A DNA stretch of 64,000 nt from Balanoglossus misakiensis. Taxonomy: Eukaryota; Animalia; Hemichordata. Below, piece by piece: positions 27,601 through 42,600 of the stretch. A model generated the notes under the pieces. That model saw only the letters and a program-made list of their open reading frames with translations, was not told where the DNA came from and searched no databases. Numbering within the stretch: the first letter of the stretch is position 1; each line of letters starts with the position of its first letter. The stretch lies in contig CM082582.2 in assembly GCA_040954595.2 (NCBI GenBank), positions 12,930,227 to 12,994,226 of the forward strand, written 5' to 3'. Both the position numbers and the translations under genes were made by a program.

Positions 27601-30600
27601 TGATCATTTTATTCATTTCATCTAAATATTACAAAACAGATTGACAGTGACAGTCACAGATAGCAACTTCTCACAATCGTGCAAGTCGCACTTTTGGTAA
27701 CAGATTGTCTTCCGAGGTACATGTACATATCTCCCCTTTGATACAAACTTCAATTTTCATAAACGTTGTTTTGAATTCATCTGCATATCATTCCTTTGAT
27801 TCTTGTCTTATAGTGAGGAATCCGTGTGAGAATAACTTCTGTCAGAATGGAGCAACTTGCATCGGCGTTCAAGATTCTTGTACAGAATACACTTGCCAAT
27901 GCTCTGGTTGCTACACTGGAACATACTGTACTACTTGTAAGTCAGTCACAGTCTTGTTTTTAACTTGCAATGGCCATATAAGTGACATGGAAACTTTTCT
28001 TCCTGTTATACTGACTTTTTGTTAATAGAAGGTTTACAGAAGAATCCTCAATGTTTATTTTCGTAGTGTTGAATGCTTGTACCAACAACTTCTGTCAAAA
28101 TGGAGCTGCTTGCATCTCTGTGACCGGCTCATGTACGGAATATACCTGTCAATGTACAGGTTGCTATACTGGGACATACTGTACAACATGTAAGTGAATT
28201 GGTAATGTTGATTTGATGTGCTTTTGAAAAAGAAATGGCTACTTATTGATCATTCGGCATGAAATAAGTGGAAAGGATCATTGAAGCAATAGTCTTGATG
28301 TAATTTAATTCATGGTTTTGACAGTAAATTGTCAATGTTTTTACCCCAACTTTTTGGTTTACTGATCCATTGTTTCAATATTTTTGGTTTTGTATAGTGT
28401 TGAATCCATGCACAAACCATCAATGTCAGAACAACGCTGGGTGCATCCCCACACAAGGGTCATGTACAGATTACACATGTCAGTGTCGCAATTGTTACAT
28501 TGGACAGTTTTGTGAAACATGTAAGTAATTCATTGATTCATTCGTGCATTTGTTCGTTCATTCATTCATTCATTCATTCATTCATTCATATTCCAATGAC
28601 CGAAGCCTCTGTATGATTTTGATTCTACTGCCTTCAGCTGCAGCTACATCTAAGGAAAGGTTTACATAGTAGATATCTAATGACTGACTGCTGTTTGTAA
28701 ACAAATATTTTTGACTTGTGTATTGCAGTCCAGGATGCTTGCACCAACCATAATTGTCAGAACGGTGGAGTGTGTTCAGCTTTCCCAGGATCCTGTACCT
28801 CATATCAGTGTCAATGTGCAGACTGTTACACAGGACAGTTCTGTGAGACTCGTAAGTATTGTACCAATACTGCATCTATCCAAATGGGTGTGTGTCCAAC
28901 CTGTATGCGAAATACTGTAAAACAGGAATTTTTCGCAAACGATATATTTACGCGATCTTCGCGAGAACCAAAAAGATACGTATAAAAAGTCGCATAAAAA
29001 TGTATTTCGAGATAATGATGCAGTTAGTGAAATACTAGAACTTGAGCTGTTTTGATGTCCAGTACAAATGCTGAAGAGATGATTTGTGTCATCTTTCTCT
29101 GCAGTTAGAGATCCTTGCGCAAATAATTTCTGCCAGAATGGTGCCACATGCATTGCTGTTTCCGGATCTTGTACGGAATACACCTGTCAATGCACGGAAT
29201 GTTTTACCGGACAGTACTGCTTCACACGTAAGTATATGGCAGTGCATTTTGTATGCATACATGATTCTGTGGCTAAATGGTGGTAAAGGTTGTAGACTCA
29301 TAGTGAATTTGAGTCAGTAACAAGGTTTATTACCTTCCTCAGAATGTTAAAGCAATCATGTGACACTTTCCCCTTTTTTTCTCTCCCCCTCTAGGTGTAG
29401 ATGCGTGCTTGAATAACCAGTGTCAGAATGGTGGTTTTTGTATTGCTTCCACAATCAACTGCCTTGAATATTCATGTAGCTGTGTGGGATGTTACTCTGG
29501 TGATTTCTGTGCTGTCTGTGAGTACATAACATGTTTTCGTCAGAATTCATTCTAAGATTTTGTTTGATTTTTGTGTTTCTGCCAGACGGTCAATTTATCG
29601 GATAGACTAAGAATAATAAATAGTAGTAATCCATAATAATAAAAATCATAGTAATTCATCTTGGGTACGATAAACAAAATATATAATACCACAGATACAA
29701 ATTATCCCCAAAATTATAAGGCCATGACAAAGATCATGCTGTAAATGACAAATTTTTAGTGTCTATAATAAAAAAAACTCTATGTTTCTCGTTTTGTTTA
29801 AAACAGTGCTCAATCCATGTGATAACAACCAGTGTCTGAATGGTGGTGTGTGTACCCAGATTCCTGGTTCATGTACTGCATACCAGTGTGCGTGTACAGG
29901 ATGCTTTACTGGGCAGTATTGTCAGACAGGTAAATGAATATTATGCTTAAATGGTCACCTATGCAAATTTGACCACTGTTACCAAAGAATATTCAAATAT
30001 AGCCAATCACACATTTGCAATGAGTGGCACATGCGAAAAAAAGTGTCATCTGTTTTTGTCCAACTCTTCACAGAGATCAATGCCTGTGCCAATCATTTCT
30101 GCCAAAATGAGGGTACCTGCATCAGTGAGGCTACTCCTACATCCTGCAATGCATACTCTTGCCAATGTGCCGGTTGTTATACTGGACAATACTGTACAAC
30201 ACGTGAGTACGACATCATCAATATCTCTTTTGCGTCTGTGATGACGCATTCAAAACATGAAGGATTCTTTTTCAGTATTCTTTGCACTCACAGCTTCGGT
30301 TTGATTCATGATCCAAGACTCAACACATTCACATTATTGACCCTTCTCCATGGAAAACATAAGTTGACAGCTTCTCTCCAGTTGTACCCTTATTAACATT
30401 TAACGTTTGCCTTGTTATGCATTGCGTCCATATTATCCATTAATTGATCATGCAATGTTTATTAACCATGTCCATATATATTTTGGCTTCACCTGCATCA
30501 TCTTGCTCTTCCTACACATGTACAATGTACATCACCTTGCTTGCCGCCGTATTCCCCATAATCTTTACACCGACCTGCAGTGCTGAATCCCTGCACCAAT

Positions 30601-33600
30601 CATCTGTGTCAGAATGGAGCTCTGTGTCAAGCAGTGGTAGACTCATGCTCGCAGTATACTTGCCAGTGTATTGGTTGTTACACTGGAGATTTCTGCCAAA
30701 CCTGTAAGTTTTGATGAAGCATGCAGTCTCCAACATAACAAGAACTTTACACAGCACATTTCCTACCATTTTGCCTTGCATCTAGATGTAATTTATACAT
30801 GTAGTACTTGTCATACATGTCGGTGTGTGCATATCATAAAATCATACAAAATTTTCAGCCTGTTCTATAACAGTGAAATGTACCTGTCAAAAATGATTAC
30901 TTTATGAGAGTTCTTCAACACAGATAGATGATCAGTTTACTGAAGTAACATGATAGTTCTGTCGGTTATGGGACGGGAACTTAGAATTATGTTCAGTATA
31001 GCAAGGTGTCTGGTTAATGCAGTGTTCATTCCAAAGAGGTTTCTGTATAAACATTTTTTTTCATTGAATACTTTCTGCTTTGCTTTGCCTACATACGTAG
31101 TGCTCAATCCTTGTAGCAATAACATCTGTCAAAATGGAGCTGCTTGCATCCCTGTAACCGGCTCATGTACGGAATATTCGTGTCAGTGTTCAGGTTGCTA
31201 TACTGGACAATACTGCACAACATGTAAGTAGCTTGTAGTATGCTTTTGCCTTAAATTAATACTCCTGTGAATAACGTGTTAAAGCATGTCATATACTAGC
31301 TGCTGTTATGCTTACTTGAATTTTTGTTTTCTGTATTGAAAGATCATGCATTCTCGCTCTGCCTTTATTCAGCTTATTATCATCAACTTTTATTTCTTTG
31401 CTTCGCTTGCATATGTAGTGCTGGATGCTTGTAACAATAACTTCTGTCAAAATGGAGCGACTTGCATCGGTGTGGCTGGTTCTTGTACAGAATATACCTG
31501 TCAATGTACAGGTTGCTATACTGGGACTTACTGTACAACATGTGAGTTGCTTTTATTTGTGAAAAACTCTGTTTTTCGTCACTACATTTGTTCAATTTTC
31601 TAGATGGTATTAATGCTCCACATGCTAAAGACATTGTAATGCTTTAACTGCTGAAGAAAATAATACTGCATATAGTTGCCTCAGCAATGCTTATTTTTCC
31701 TAACATTTTCAAGGCTTTGTATTATTTTCTTTGCCTAAAAATAGTGCGAGATGCTTGTGTCAATAACTTCTGTCAGAATGGGGGTGTGTGTATTCCGGTA
31801 GAGGGATCGTGTACGGAATATACTTGTCAGTGTGGAGGCTGTTACACTGGGCAATATTGTTTAACATGTAAGTAGTAGAAAGTTCCGTTTAGCACCCCAT
31901 TATCTGGTCCCTTTAATGCCTCCTCAGTTTTAAATGCTGGTTGGGTGGGCATCCTGTATCCATTGCAGTCTCAGGCCAGGTGCCTGTCTGCTTTTCAGAG
32001 CTCCTCAAACTCATGATTGTTATATGAATTAGTTTCTTCAAATTAGGCAACTTTTCTTGTTGCCATTGTTCTGTAATGACTGTGGGTCAATTTCTTTGCA
32101 GTTTAACCATTCAAATGTTTGCAGCCTTTTTTATCGATGTATACACACACTAGTTTGTGATTGCGATAATTCTACTTACTTTAATGTCCACAAGGCTTCC
32201 CCGTGTCCTTTTGGGACAGCGTTTATCCACCATCTAACTAAGAACTAAAATGCAACTTATATTCTTTGCTTGAATGCTCAGTGCGAGATGCTTGTGCTAA
32301 CAATGGTTGTCAGAATGGAGCTTTGTGTATTGCGATTGCTGTGGCTGGCTCTTGTACGGAATATTCTTGTCAGTGTCCAGGCTGCTACACTGGACAATAT
32401 TGTTCAACTTGTAAGTAGTGAACAGACTTGCCGTGCTGCACAAAATCTGAATTCTGTTTTTTTTTTCCTTGTACTGTCTCCTTTCAGCTACTTTCACAGC
32501 TTTGTCACTAAAGAGGGAAATGTCCATTTTGTTGTGTCAATCATGCTACTGACAATTCTCAGATATGCAAAACGATTTTCTAACCTGATCCAGTATGGTC
32601 TTCTTGTACCTTTTCAAATCATTATTTCCCTTGCTTTGCCAATGTGCATATGTAGTGTTGAATCCCTGTACTGGTAACTTCTGTCAAAATGGAGCTGCTT
32701 GCGTTGCTGTGGCTGGTTCTTGTACGGAATATTCGTGTCAGTGTCCAGGTTGCTATACTGGACAATACTGTACAACATGTGAGTCTTTTCCTTTGCTGGT
32801 ATGCTTTATAATGCTGTTTATGCCATTTTGCCTTAATTCCTGCTTATAAAAATAATTTAATCTTTTCTCAAGGCTTGTGCTTTAAGTTGACATTATTTTC
32901 TCTGCTTTGCTTTGCCTGCATACATAGTGCTGAACGCCTGCACCAATAACTTCTGTCAAAATGGGGCTGCTTGCGTCGCTGTGGCCGGTTCTTGTACAGA
33001 ATATACATGTCAGTGTCCAGGATGCTATACTGGACAATATTGCACAACGTGTAAGTTAGCTTAAGTATGCCTTGTCATTTAATTTAATGAGTAACATTTT
33101 AATGCACCATTAAATTATGTTTTTTTCCACATGAAAAGCAAAAGTCTTGCGCAACCTAATGTGTAAAATTTTTGTTTGCTTGTCTTTGCTCTTGCGTACA
33201 TAGTGCTGAACGCTTGCACCAATAACTTCTGTCAAAATGGAGCTGCTTGCGTCGCTGTGGCCGGTTCTTGTACGGAATATTCGTGTCAGTGTCCAGGCTG
33301 CTATACTGGACAATACTGCACAACATGTAAGTTTCTTACATAATTAAGAATGATCTTACTTATTTTTCAATCTTTTTGCTTTGCATTACAAGTAACACCC
33401 ATAACTACAGGCTTAGAGATACTTCTGCCCTCGAAGCAGATTGATAGATATACACTATGCAATGCTGTGTACGCGTAAGACATGTTCCTTTACCTGTGCT
33501 TATTATAATTGCATTCTTTTGCTTGTCTTATTTTGCCATTATTTTCTTTTGCTTTGCATGCATATATAGTGTTGAACGCTTGTACAAATAACTTCTGTCA

Positions 33601-36600
33601 AAATGGTGCTGCTTGCGTCGCTGTGGCCGGTTCTTGTACAGAATATACCTGTCAATGTACAGGTTGCTATACTGGGACATACTGTACAACATGTAAGTGG
33701 CTTGCATTTGATCAGTTGTTACACGTTCTGGACAGGATCAAGACTTACACCATCTGGCACTTTCATGTTTTGGGGATTGTGTGTTCAGTGTGGACTTTGC
33801 ATAATTTGTCACCAAATTGCACTCTCTTTGTAAACAGTGTCAATAAAACTTGCTGTTCACTTTTCTTACATTATTTCTTTCTCTTATTAATCATACATTT
33901 TGCGAAATAAGTTGAGACATATGACACTTTTGGATTAGTGTCAGAATTACAGTTGATACCTATCACATTGATTGTAGGGAACCAGTATATTCTGGCAAAG
34001 TTACAAGTAGCAGTTAACCTGATTGTGTACTATATGCCACTTTCATCATGAAAAGTTATGTTTGTATAATCTTTGAAGTATTTCTGATGTATGTAAGAAA
34101 TATGTATACAATGTCTATAAAGAATATGTAAAGAATGTTATGGTTTGTTTTCGTCTGCCCCAACGTTAACTTTCATCTGTGCTTTCAACTTTGTGATGGA
34201 AAATGTTTAATGTTTTGACTTCGGTATTTAACATACTTTATGGAAAAATTGGTAAGCTGGTGTGAGCTGTATGGAAAGGCTCTGATGATCACGTTGTCCA
34301 CAATTGGACAGATATAGGGCATATTTATAGTATAGTTAAGCCTTTAACCCCAAACAAAATTGACTGACCCAGATTGATTGGGTCCAACAGCATCAAATTG
34401 TCAAGTCTGATAATGTTGTTTGTCATCAGTGTTAGATGCCTGTGCAAATCACATATGCCAAAATGGAGGAGTCTGCAGTCCTGTTCCAAGTTCATGTACT
34501 GACTATACTTGTCAGTGTCCAGACTGTTATGTCGGTACCTACTGTGAAACTAGTGAGTCGATCCTCGATGTTAGCACATTGGTAGTGTAACTGAGGCACA
34601 TCATAATTATCAAATGCAAGGAAGTATTTGTATGTCACTACATCAACAGCAATGAAAAAGCACCACATACAATTAGAGTGTCACATATGCCAGACCACAA
34701 TTAAGTCACATGGAAAGCAGCAGCAATCACATGTAAATTAAGCAGCGTATCACATGCTGTACAACCTGTGCCTAGCCCCAAGTGACATGTGTCATGTACC
34801 TTACCTGATCAGCTGTACCAGTAGTTACATTATAGCTCTGGGCAGTTTTGTGCCATCTGCACTTTATTGCTTTGAACTCATCACTCTTAGCTTACCAGCA
34901 TAATACCAGGCATATGTTAGGCATAATAAATGTAACTTTTGGATATGTTTGCTATATATTCTTTAGAAAAGATTATCGAAAATGATGTAAAGGTGTGAAG
35001 TATTAGTTGTAGTTAGATAATAGCTCCAGATAGTTTTGTGACATCTGCATTTTATTGGTTTGAACTCATCACTCATAGGTTACCAGCATAACACTAGGCA
35101 TATGTTAGGTATAATAAATGTAACATCTGGATATTTTTGCCACACATTTTTTTAGAAAAGATTATCAAAAATGATGTAAGATCTTTAACACCAATAATAA
35201 AACTCTAGAAATAGTCTTTTTATCACTAGAACTAGAATTTTTAAAAATGGTGGAATGAAACTGCAAAATGAAGCTAAATACCTTGAATAACTGGAATACT
35301 TAGAGAACGAATGTTTTGGGTGATTCAGTTTAGTTAATTAATGGAACGTTCATGTTAGTGCACATCTACCACAACTAATACTTGAATGAAACTGTATACT
35401 ACAGTGTTGGATGCATGTACTGATAATCAGTGTCAAAACGGAGGTGTCTGCCTATCAGTTGGTGAATCCTGTGTTGAATATACTTGCCAGTGTGTTGGCT
35501 GTTACAGTGGACCATTCTGTACAATATGTAAGTCAATCGCATTACGCTCAGAGTGTCAGCAATCACTGCAGAAAGCCAGAGAATTGAAATCATACAAGAA
35601 TGACAGCTAGGTCCTGATATTTGACTCAACATGAAGTAGTGTATAGATTGTACTGAACAGAATAATCAGTTAAGACAAGTCTGATAGTAATATAAAGCAG
35701 TGTCAGTGACCATCCTGTATTGGTTTAATGCTGAATTCAAGAAAGTCAGCTAATTGCTACATGTCATGCAAAGTACCTGTGGTCATGAAAGTGACCACTT
35801 TTCAATGTCATCATCATCTTCATCATTTCACCATTCTATTCCATGCTGACCTGATCTGCTGTTTATCCTGTCCAACCTCCATCTGCATGTGTGTCCACAT
35901 CTGTGTTCATTGTACAATCATAACATCCACACAACAACAACAACAACAACAACAACCATGCAGTGTCTAATCCCTGCCAACCTAACCCGTGTCAGAATGA
36001 TGGTTTTTGTACAAGTGTTGAGTCATCATGTACTGCCTATCAGTGTGACTGTATTGGTTGTTACACCGGTACCAACTGCCAAACATGTTAGTATCATAAT
36101 GGACAGACTGATGTCAGTCCCTCCCTGTTCAATTCCTCTGAGTGATGTAGTACTAGTAGTAGTCATAGTTTTCAAATATATATCAAATATATTTATTCAT
36201 TATAAATTTATTTAAATCTCTACCTTTCAGTCTAGGTTTAGTCCCATGGTCAGACCCAGATGGTACATGTATTGTAAAGCAGCACCACAATTATGTCAAA
36301 GCCAAGTTACTCATTATAAGTGTACCTTTTCCCCCGTAGTGTTGAATCCGTGCTCTAATCATCAATGTCAGAATGGAGGTGCCTGCATCCCTGTGTCTGG
36401 CTCCTGCACAGATTATACATGTCAATGTCAGGCTTGCTATACTGGAACGTTCTGTACAACATGTAAGTAATCTACTTCGTAGCACTGTAAAACTGGAAAT
36501 TTTCGTGACAGGAAATTTTCCCTATATCAACTAAGGCAACTTTTCAGCGACAATTAATTCTCTTCATCTCCGAATAGCATTCTGTTGTACACATTGTTCT

Positions 36601-39600
36601 TTCGCAACTATCACGTTTTGGCTCTCAAGAAGTTCGTGAAAATTTATCGTTCGCGTTAATTTCCTGTTTTAAACGACCTGTGTGACATTTTAATATGTGA
36701 CCTTTATGGCTGAACACTAGGAACTTACATATGTGTGTAGATTCTATTAATTCCCTTTGACCTTATTTGATCTGTTGCAGTGTTGAATCCATGTGCTAAT
36801 CACCAGTGCCAGAATGGTGCTGCTTGCATTCCACAACCAGGTTCCTGTACAGAGTATAGCTGCAATTGTCCCCAGTGTTACAGTGGAGATTTCTGTACCA
36901 TCTGTGAGTATTGTTTTTTATGGATTAAACATTGTTTGTGGCTAGAAGAACTTCAGACTATTTTGCAACACATGGAGGAACACAGAATTTGAAAATATTT
37001 AAAACTTCCTGGAAAATGAAATGTATTTCCGGAAAGTCCTGGAAAAATATCAGCATGGCAAACAAAGATTGAGTCAAATTGAAAGATACATTTATGGAAC
37101 GGTCGCTTTTCTTACAAGGTTGTGATGAAACTCATAATTTTTTCCATGTGTAATATCTGTCCTACAGTCAGTGACCCATGTCAGCCAAACCCATGCCAAA
37201 ATGGTGGTGGCTGTACAGCCTCACCTCCTGGATCATGTACTGGTTATGCATGTCAATGTGTAGGATGTTACATCGGATTCAACTGTGAAACACGTGAGTA
37301 ATAGAAACTTCAAACCATGGTAGAATTAGTGGTAGATATTGCTGTACAGTAATGAGACAACTTTATTCAGTGAGGCCTTAGACGTAATTTTGTTTGTGCG
37401 ATAACACTTGGGTTTCTCTCTTTCCTACTTCTTTTTTCCAGTTCAAGATCCTTGTGCCACTAATTTCTGTCAGAATGAAGGTATCTGCGTTGCTACTAGT
37501 GGGTCCTGTACTCAGTACACTTGTCAGTGTGTAGGATGTTATACAGGCGATTTCTGCACTAACCGTAAGTGGCATTCGCATACTAGGGTTTGATTTCCAT
37601 ACCATCTAAAGATTCAACTGAGGTCATAAAGACAGAGTGTACTAATCTTAAATGCATGAGGATTGCAGTATGACACATGCACAATAAACCAATCACATTC
37701 CCGCTGTGAACCAATATATCTAGTCTTGGAAGGACTGAAAAAAGTGAGAGACATTTTATCCTTTTTACAGTGGTTAGTGCATGTACCAACCATCAATGTC
37801 AGAATGGAGGAGCTTGTGTTCAGACACCAGGGTCTTGTAGTGACTACACATGTCAGTGTCAAACCTGCTACAGTGGAACATACTGTGAAATCTGTAAGTA
37901 CCCTTTTGCAAACAATCAATTTTTGTCATGTTTATTGGCTTTGTATTTTACTTAATAAATGAAATATTGTCCTGGAAGTACCGGTATAATTTACTGTATA
38001 ATACTATTCTAGTCTTGATTTCACTGACTAGAATTCATGCTGACGTCAACATCTGTTTTTCTGCTAACAGTCACCAATGGATGTCAACCAAATCCATGTC
38101 TGAATGGTGGTGGCTGTGTTGCTATTCCTGGATCTTGTTCAAATTACCAATGCCAGTGCCCCACCTGTTACACAGGAACCAACTGCCAAACATGTAAGTG
38201 CATGATGACAGAGTTTAGGTTACTTATCGGCTCCCATAATAGACCACTTTCCAAACTCCACAAGACCCATTAAAGGGCAGATTAATGAGTTTCTTTTGAT
38301 AGATCATTAACAACTTTGCCCCTCTGAGCAACTTTGCCCCTCTGTCATTTAAAGCCAAATATAATATTTTGGAATTTGTTTCCAACAGTGTTGAATGCCT
38401 GTGGAAACCACAACTGTCAAAATGGTGGACAGTGCGTAACAACGGCAGGTTCCTGTACTGCCTACACCTGCATCTGCACTGGTTGCTTCACTGGACAGTT
38501 CTGCACCCAACGTAAGTCTTTGGCGGTAGTTACCGTGTGGTAAGAGAAAAGCGTCAGGGCTCTGTAATTTTCTGTATGTGTTGTTCGCAGTATTTCAGTG
38601 TTTAAACATTTGTCAGTTGTGCCATCTGATTATATGAAAAAAGAAATTAGATGTTACCAAAAGCCCATAATAGTTTAAACCTATTAACTCAGATCTGTCT
38701 TGTCCTTATAGAAATTGATGCCTGTGCGAACAATCTTTGCCGCAATGGAGCAGCATGTATACCTTCTGTTGGAAACTGCTATTCTTACACCTGTCAATGC
38801 AGTGGTTGTTATTCTGGTGATTACTGCCAAGATGGTAAGATTTTTTTTTCTCTCTCTCCTATGAATAAAAGTATGCTACTTCTTGTCTTGACTGTCCTTC
38901 TGACTGTTCCATAGATGTCTACAGGATTCTTGTTGTAGAGGTTGCGGACAACAATTGGAACAACTCTACCAGTTATACTTTTAATTGCATCTCTGTATTT
39001 GACAGAGATTTTCTGACATATCTCTCTGTTTTCACAGCAATCCAAGCATGTGCTGATAATCCATGCTTGAATGGAGGTCAATGTCAAGCGACCGGTGTCA
39101 CTTGTACAACATACAGCTGCATCTGTCCACGATGTTACACTGGTCCCACGTGTGCTCTCGGTAAGAGTTTGTCACACCACTTGATACGTAACTCACTGTG
39201 ATGAGCCGTCGTACAAAGTTCCATTCCTATATCCACAGTCACAGCAACTGCCAAATAGTCTGTTTCATACCCAACTCAAAGTTCATTCTGCTCATATAAA
39301 GCAATAGCAATTGAACCAATTAAAGCATCAGATGGTGAATACTACAGAAAGTTTGTGGGGTAATCTGTGCTTTGTGAATTTTGTATTTCACCATGCAAGG
39401 AGAATACTAGTAATACAGATGTACACAACATTTTAGAAAGTGTTACTTGATTTCAGCATTTCTTATTCTCTTCTAAATCTTCCTTACTAGTGTTGAATCC
39501 ATGTTCTGTTAACCCGTGCCAAAATGGTGGAATATGTACACCAGATCCATCAGACGCAACATGTAACAGCTTTATCTGTCAATGTACTGGCTGTTATTCT

Positions 39601-42600
39601 GGAACCCGATGTGAAATACGTAAGTACAAGGAGTATAAAAAAACAACCAGTATCCGTCATTGTCTCTCAAATTCATGCCTCTCAAATCTTCTTCTACGTC
39701 TCTCTCAATGTTCCATCTTGCTTCTTCACTACTTCACCTGTCCTTTCAAATTCAGTCTTCCCTGGTGTTTAATTGTTCTTCTATCAGGAAGGACATTCAG
39801 ATATAGTCAACTGCATTGTATGCATGCTTGCTTGCTTGCTGCTTTAATGCTAATGATAAGTTTTGTTTCAGCTGTTCAATTGCTGCTTCTTTCCGCAAGC
39901 AAATTCTGATTTTTGCCGTTTAATTGTGTTCTCAAGGTGAATGGAGACAGAGATGCCGTCTTCATCCAACAGCATTTGTGTCCACCACTTTTATAACACT
40001 CATCTCATCAGTGTAATTGCTATCAGGAATCTTTGCTACTGCAATTCTAATTGCTTTAATTGTTGGTACTAATTAGTAGATGGCTTCTTAGTTTTCAGAG
40101 CTGCGGTCTAACACTGCATGGGAAAAAATAGGTGGCAGTAATGCTCGATTCAAGAAATATGCAATATGTAACGTATATTATATATCCAAGAATAATTAAT
40201 GGATACAGGCATGCTTGCTTGCTTTGATATCGTCATCTTTTCCCCCTGGCTCTGTAGTACTGCACATTAGGCTGCATGATCATGTAAGTAGAATGCTTGG
40301 CTGCAGTGGCTGTGCAAACAGATATCTGCATGTAGGTAGAGCAAAAGATTTTTCGAACTATTTCAACAAGCCACAAGTGATTGATTTACCTAGGAACCGA
40401 TAACCAGTGCACCAACAATCCTTGCCAGAATAATGGTTTCTGTCAGTCGTTGGCTGGCTCCTGTGAAGCCTACACATGTATCTGCATTAATTGCTATGCT
40501 GGACATAACTGTGAAATGAGTAAGTATTAATTATCGATTACTTGAGAAAAGATTAGCAGTGTAATGCATGGAAATAGATTTCTGATTGTCATCATTGAAA
40601 CTTATGCATCTGTCTGACAGTGTTTGAAGTTGTCATTCAACTAATATTTGCTGTTTGAAATTCAATAATTGCAGCCTGTAAGCTTACTTAAGAATTCACA
40701 AATAGTCTGAATGATTATTGCCGAAACTGATTTTTGTGTGTGTTTCTGTGTATAGTGGTGTCATCTCAGTGTGATGTCAACCCATGCCAGAACAATGGTG
40801 TATGCACAGCATTGGAGAATTCCTGCAATGAATATTCCTGTTCCTGTGTTGGTTGTTTCCAAGGACAAAACTGTGAAACACGTAAGTATTTTTGAGAAGT
40901 TTCATTATGTTTCTGCTACAAATGCCAATCACTGATTAGAATGCTTTGAATCTGAATGCAAATTGGTACAAATCGAAACATATGAGAGATCATATGCAAT
41001 GTTCCTTCACATATCATATGTTGTGAACTTTCTGCAGCAATACCAGACCCATGTGCCAACAACCCATGCAGTAATGGTTTGTGTCAACTGGTCGCAGGCT
41101 CCTGCACTGCATATAGTTGCATATGTACAGATCCATGCTTCTCTGGAACTAGCTGTCAAATCCGTAAGTTAACTTCAATTTCATGACTACTTTGTGACCT
41201 TACACCTTGATATTTTGATTGGACAAGAGTGAAACAGTTTTCTGAAACAATCTACCCATATTATTTCTATTCCATTCCATTGTACAGGTTCGTTCATACA
41301 TTCATTTATTCATTCTTTCCAACATTCTTCCGTTGCCAGGACAAGACCCATGTGCATCAGCAAATCCATGTTTGAATGGCGGTGCCTGCTTTGCTATGCC
41401 TGGCTCTTGCACACAAATGGTCTGTCAATGCAGTGGTTGCTGGAGTGGAAACAACTGTGACATCCGTAAGTGCAATTCTGTTGATACAAAGTACTGACTC
41501 TGAAGAGAAATATACAAAATTACAAGATTAAATGTTTTGAGAAACAAGAAAACAATTCATCTAAGCCATTAACAAAGAGATCATCACCATTTCAACTGTT
41601 CTGCTCTATCATAATTTTGCCTGTAGGTTGAAGGTTTTTGAAATTGTTCAAAATACAATGTATGTGTATCTTGAATGAAGTTTGGTGATTAGATTTGATT
41701 TGATTTGATTTCAGCATCTAACAATCAGTGTGTCAACAATCCATGTGAGAATGGAGGCTTCTGTCAGCCCAGAGAAGGGTCATGCAATGCCTATGACTGT
41801 GTGTGTACATCATGCTATTCAGGACCTAGGTGTCAGTTTGGTAAGCTTTAATTTATTGTTTAATCCAGTGGGTGGGTGGGAGCAGGTTTTTTGGTGTATG
41901 GATAAAATGATTGATTGATCATTTGATTGATTGATGGATTGATATGATGAATTAAGTTTATTAAAATTGATATGTTCTTTGAATGCATTTATGCATTATA
42001 AACGGATGCATTCATGAACATTTGTCTTCTTATTTTTCACTATTTTTACAGTGTTCAACAGAGTCTGTGAGACAAGTAACCCATGCCAGAATGGTGGAGT
42101 CTGCATCCCAGACACTGAATCTTGCTTTGGTTATCAGTGTTTCTGCCCTGGATGTTTTGGAGGTGCCAGATGTGATCAATGTAAGGGAAACAAGATTGCA
42201 GAATTTTCATATGCTATAAACTTTACATTCAAGCTATTGTTGAGAATTTATGGGAACATTTTTTCCATTCAATATACAGTGCCCCCAGTATTGCTTATAT
42301 TTCTGTAATGTGTAACCGTGGAAAGAATTACATTGTACATACAGTGCATGTTTGGTAAAAATTGATCATTCCTTTTGTCTCTCCAACAGTCCAACAAACG
42401 CAATGTGCAGATAATCCGTGTCTTAATGGTGGCACCTGTGTACCTGAGCCTAACTCCTGCGACGCATACACTTGCAGGTGTCTGTCGTGTTTCAGCGGTC
42501 CATTATGCCAATTTGGTGAGTATAGAGTTACATAAAGCTGCCGTCAAAAAGATGTATTGGTCTTGCATGTAACAGTGCCAATCTGAAGTTTTGCTGTACC

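Noticed and set aside
39620-39909. Read-through of E86 giving a hydrophobic C-terminus (alternative membrane or GPI anchor)
   Set aside because: E86 has a consensus gtaagt donor, and T-rich introns often translate as hydrophobic; would need 3'-end reads.
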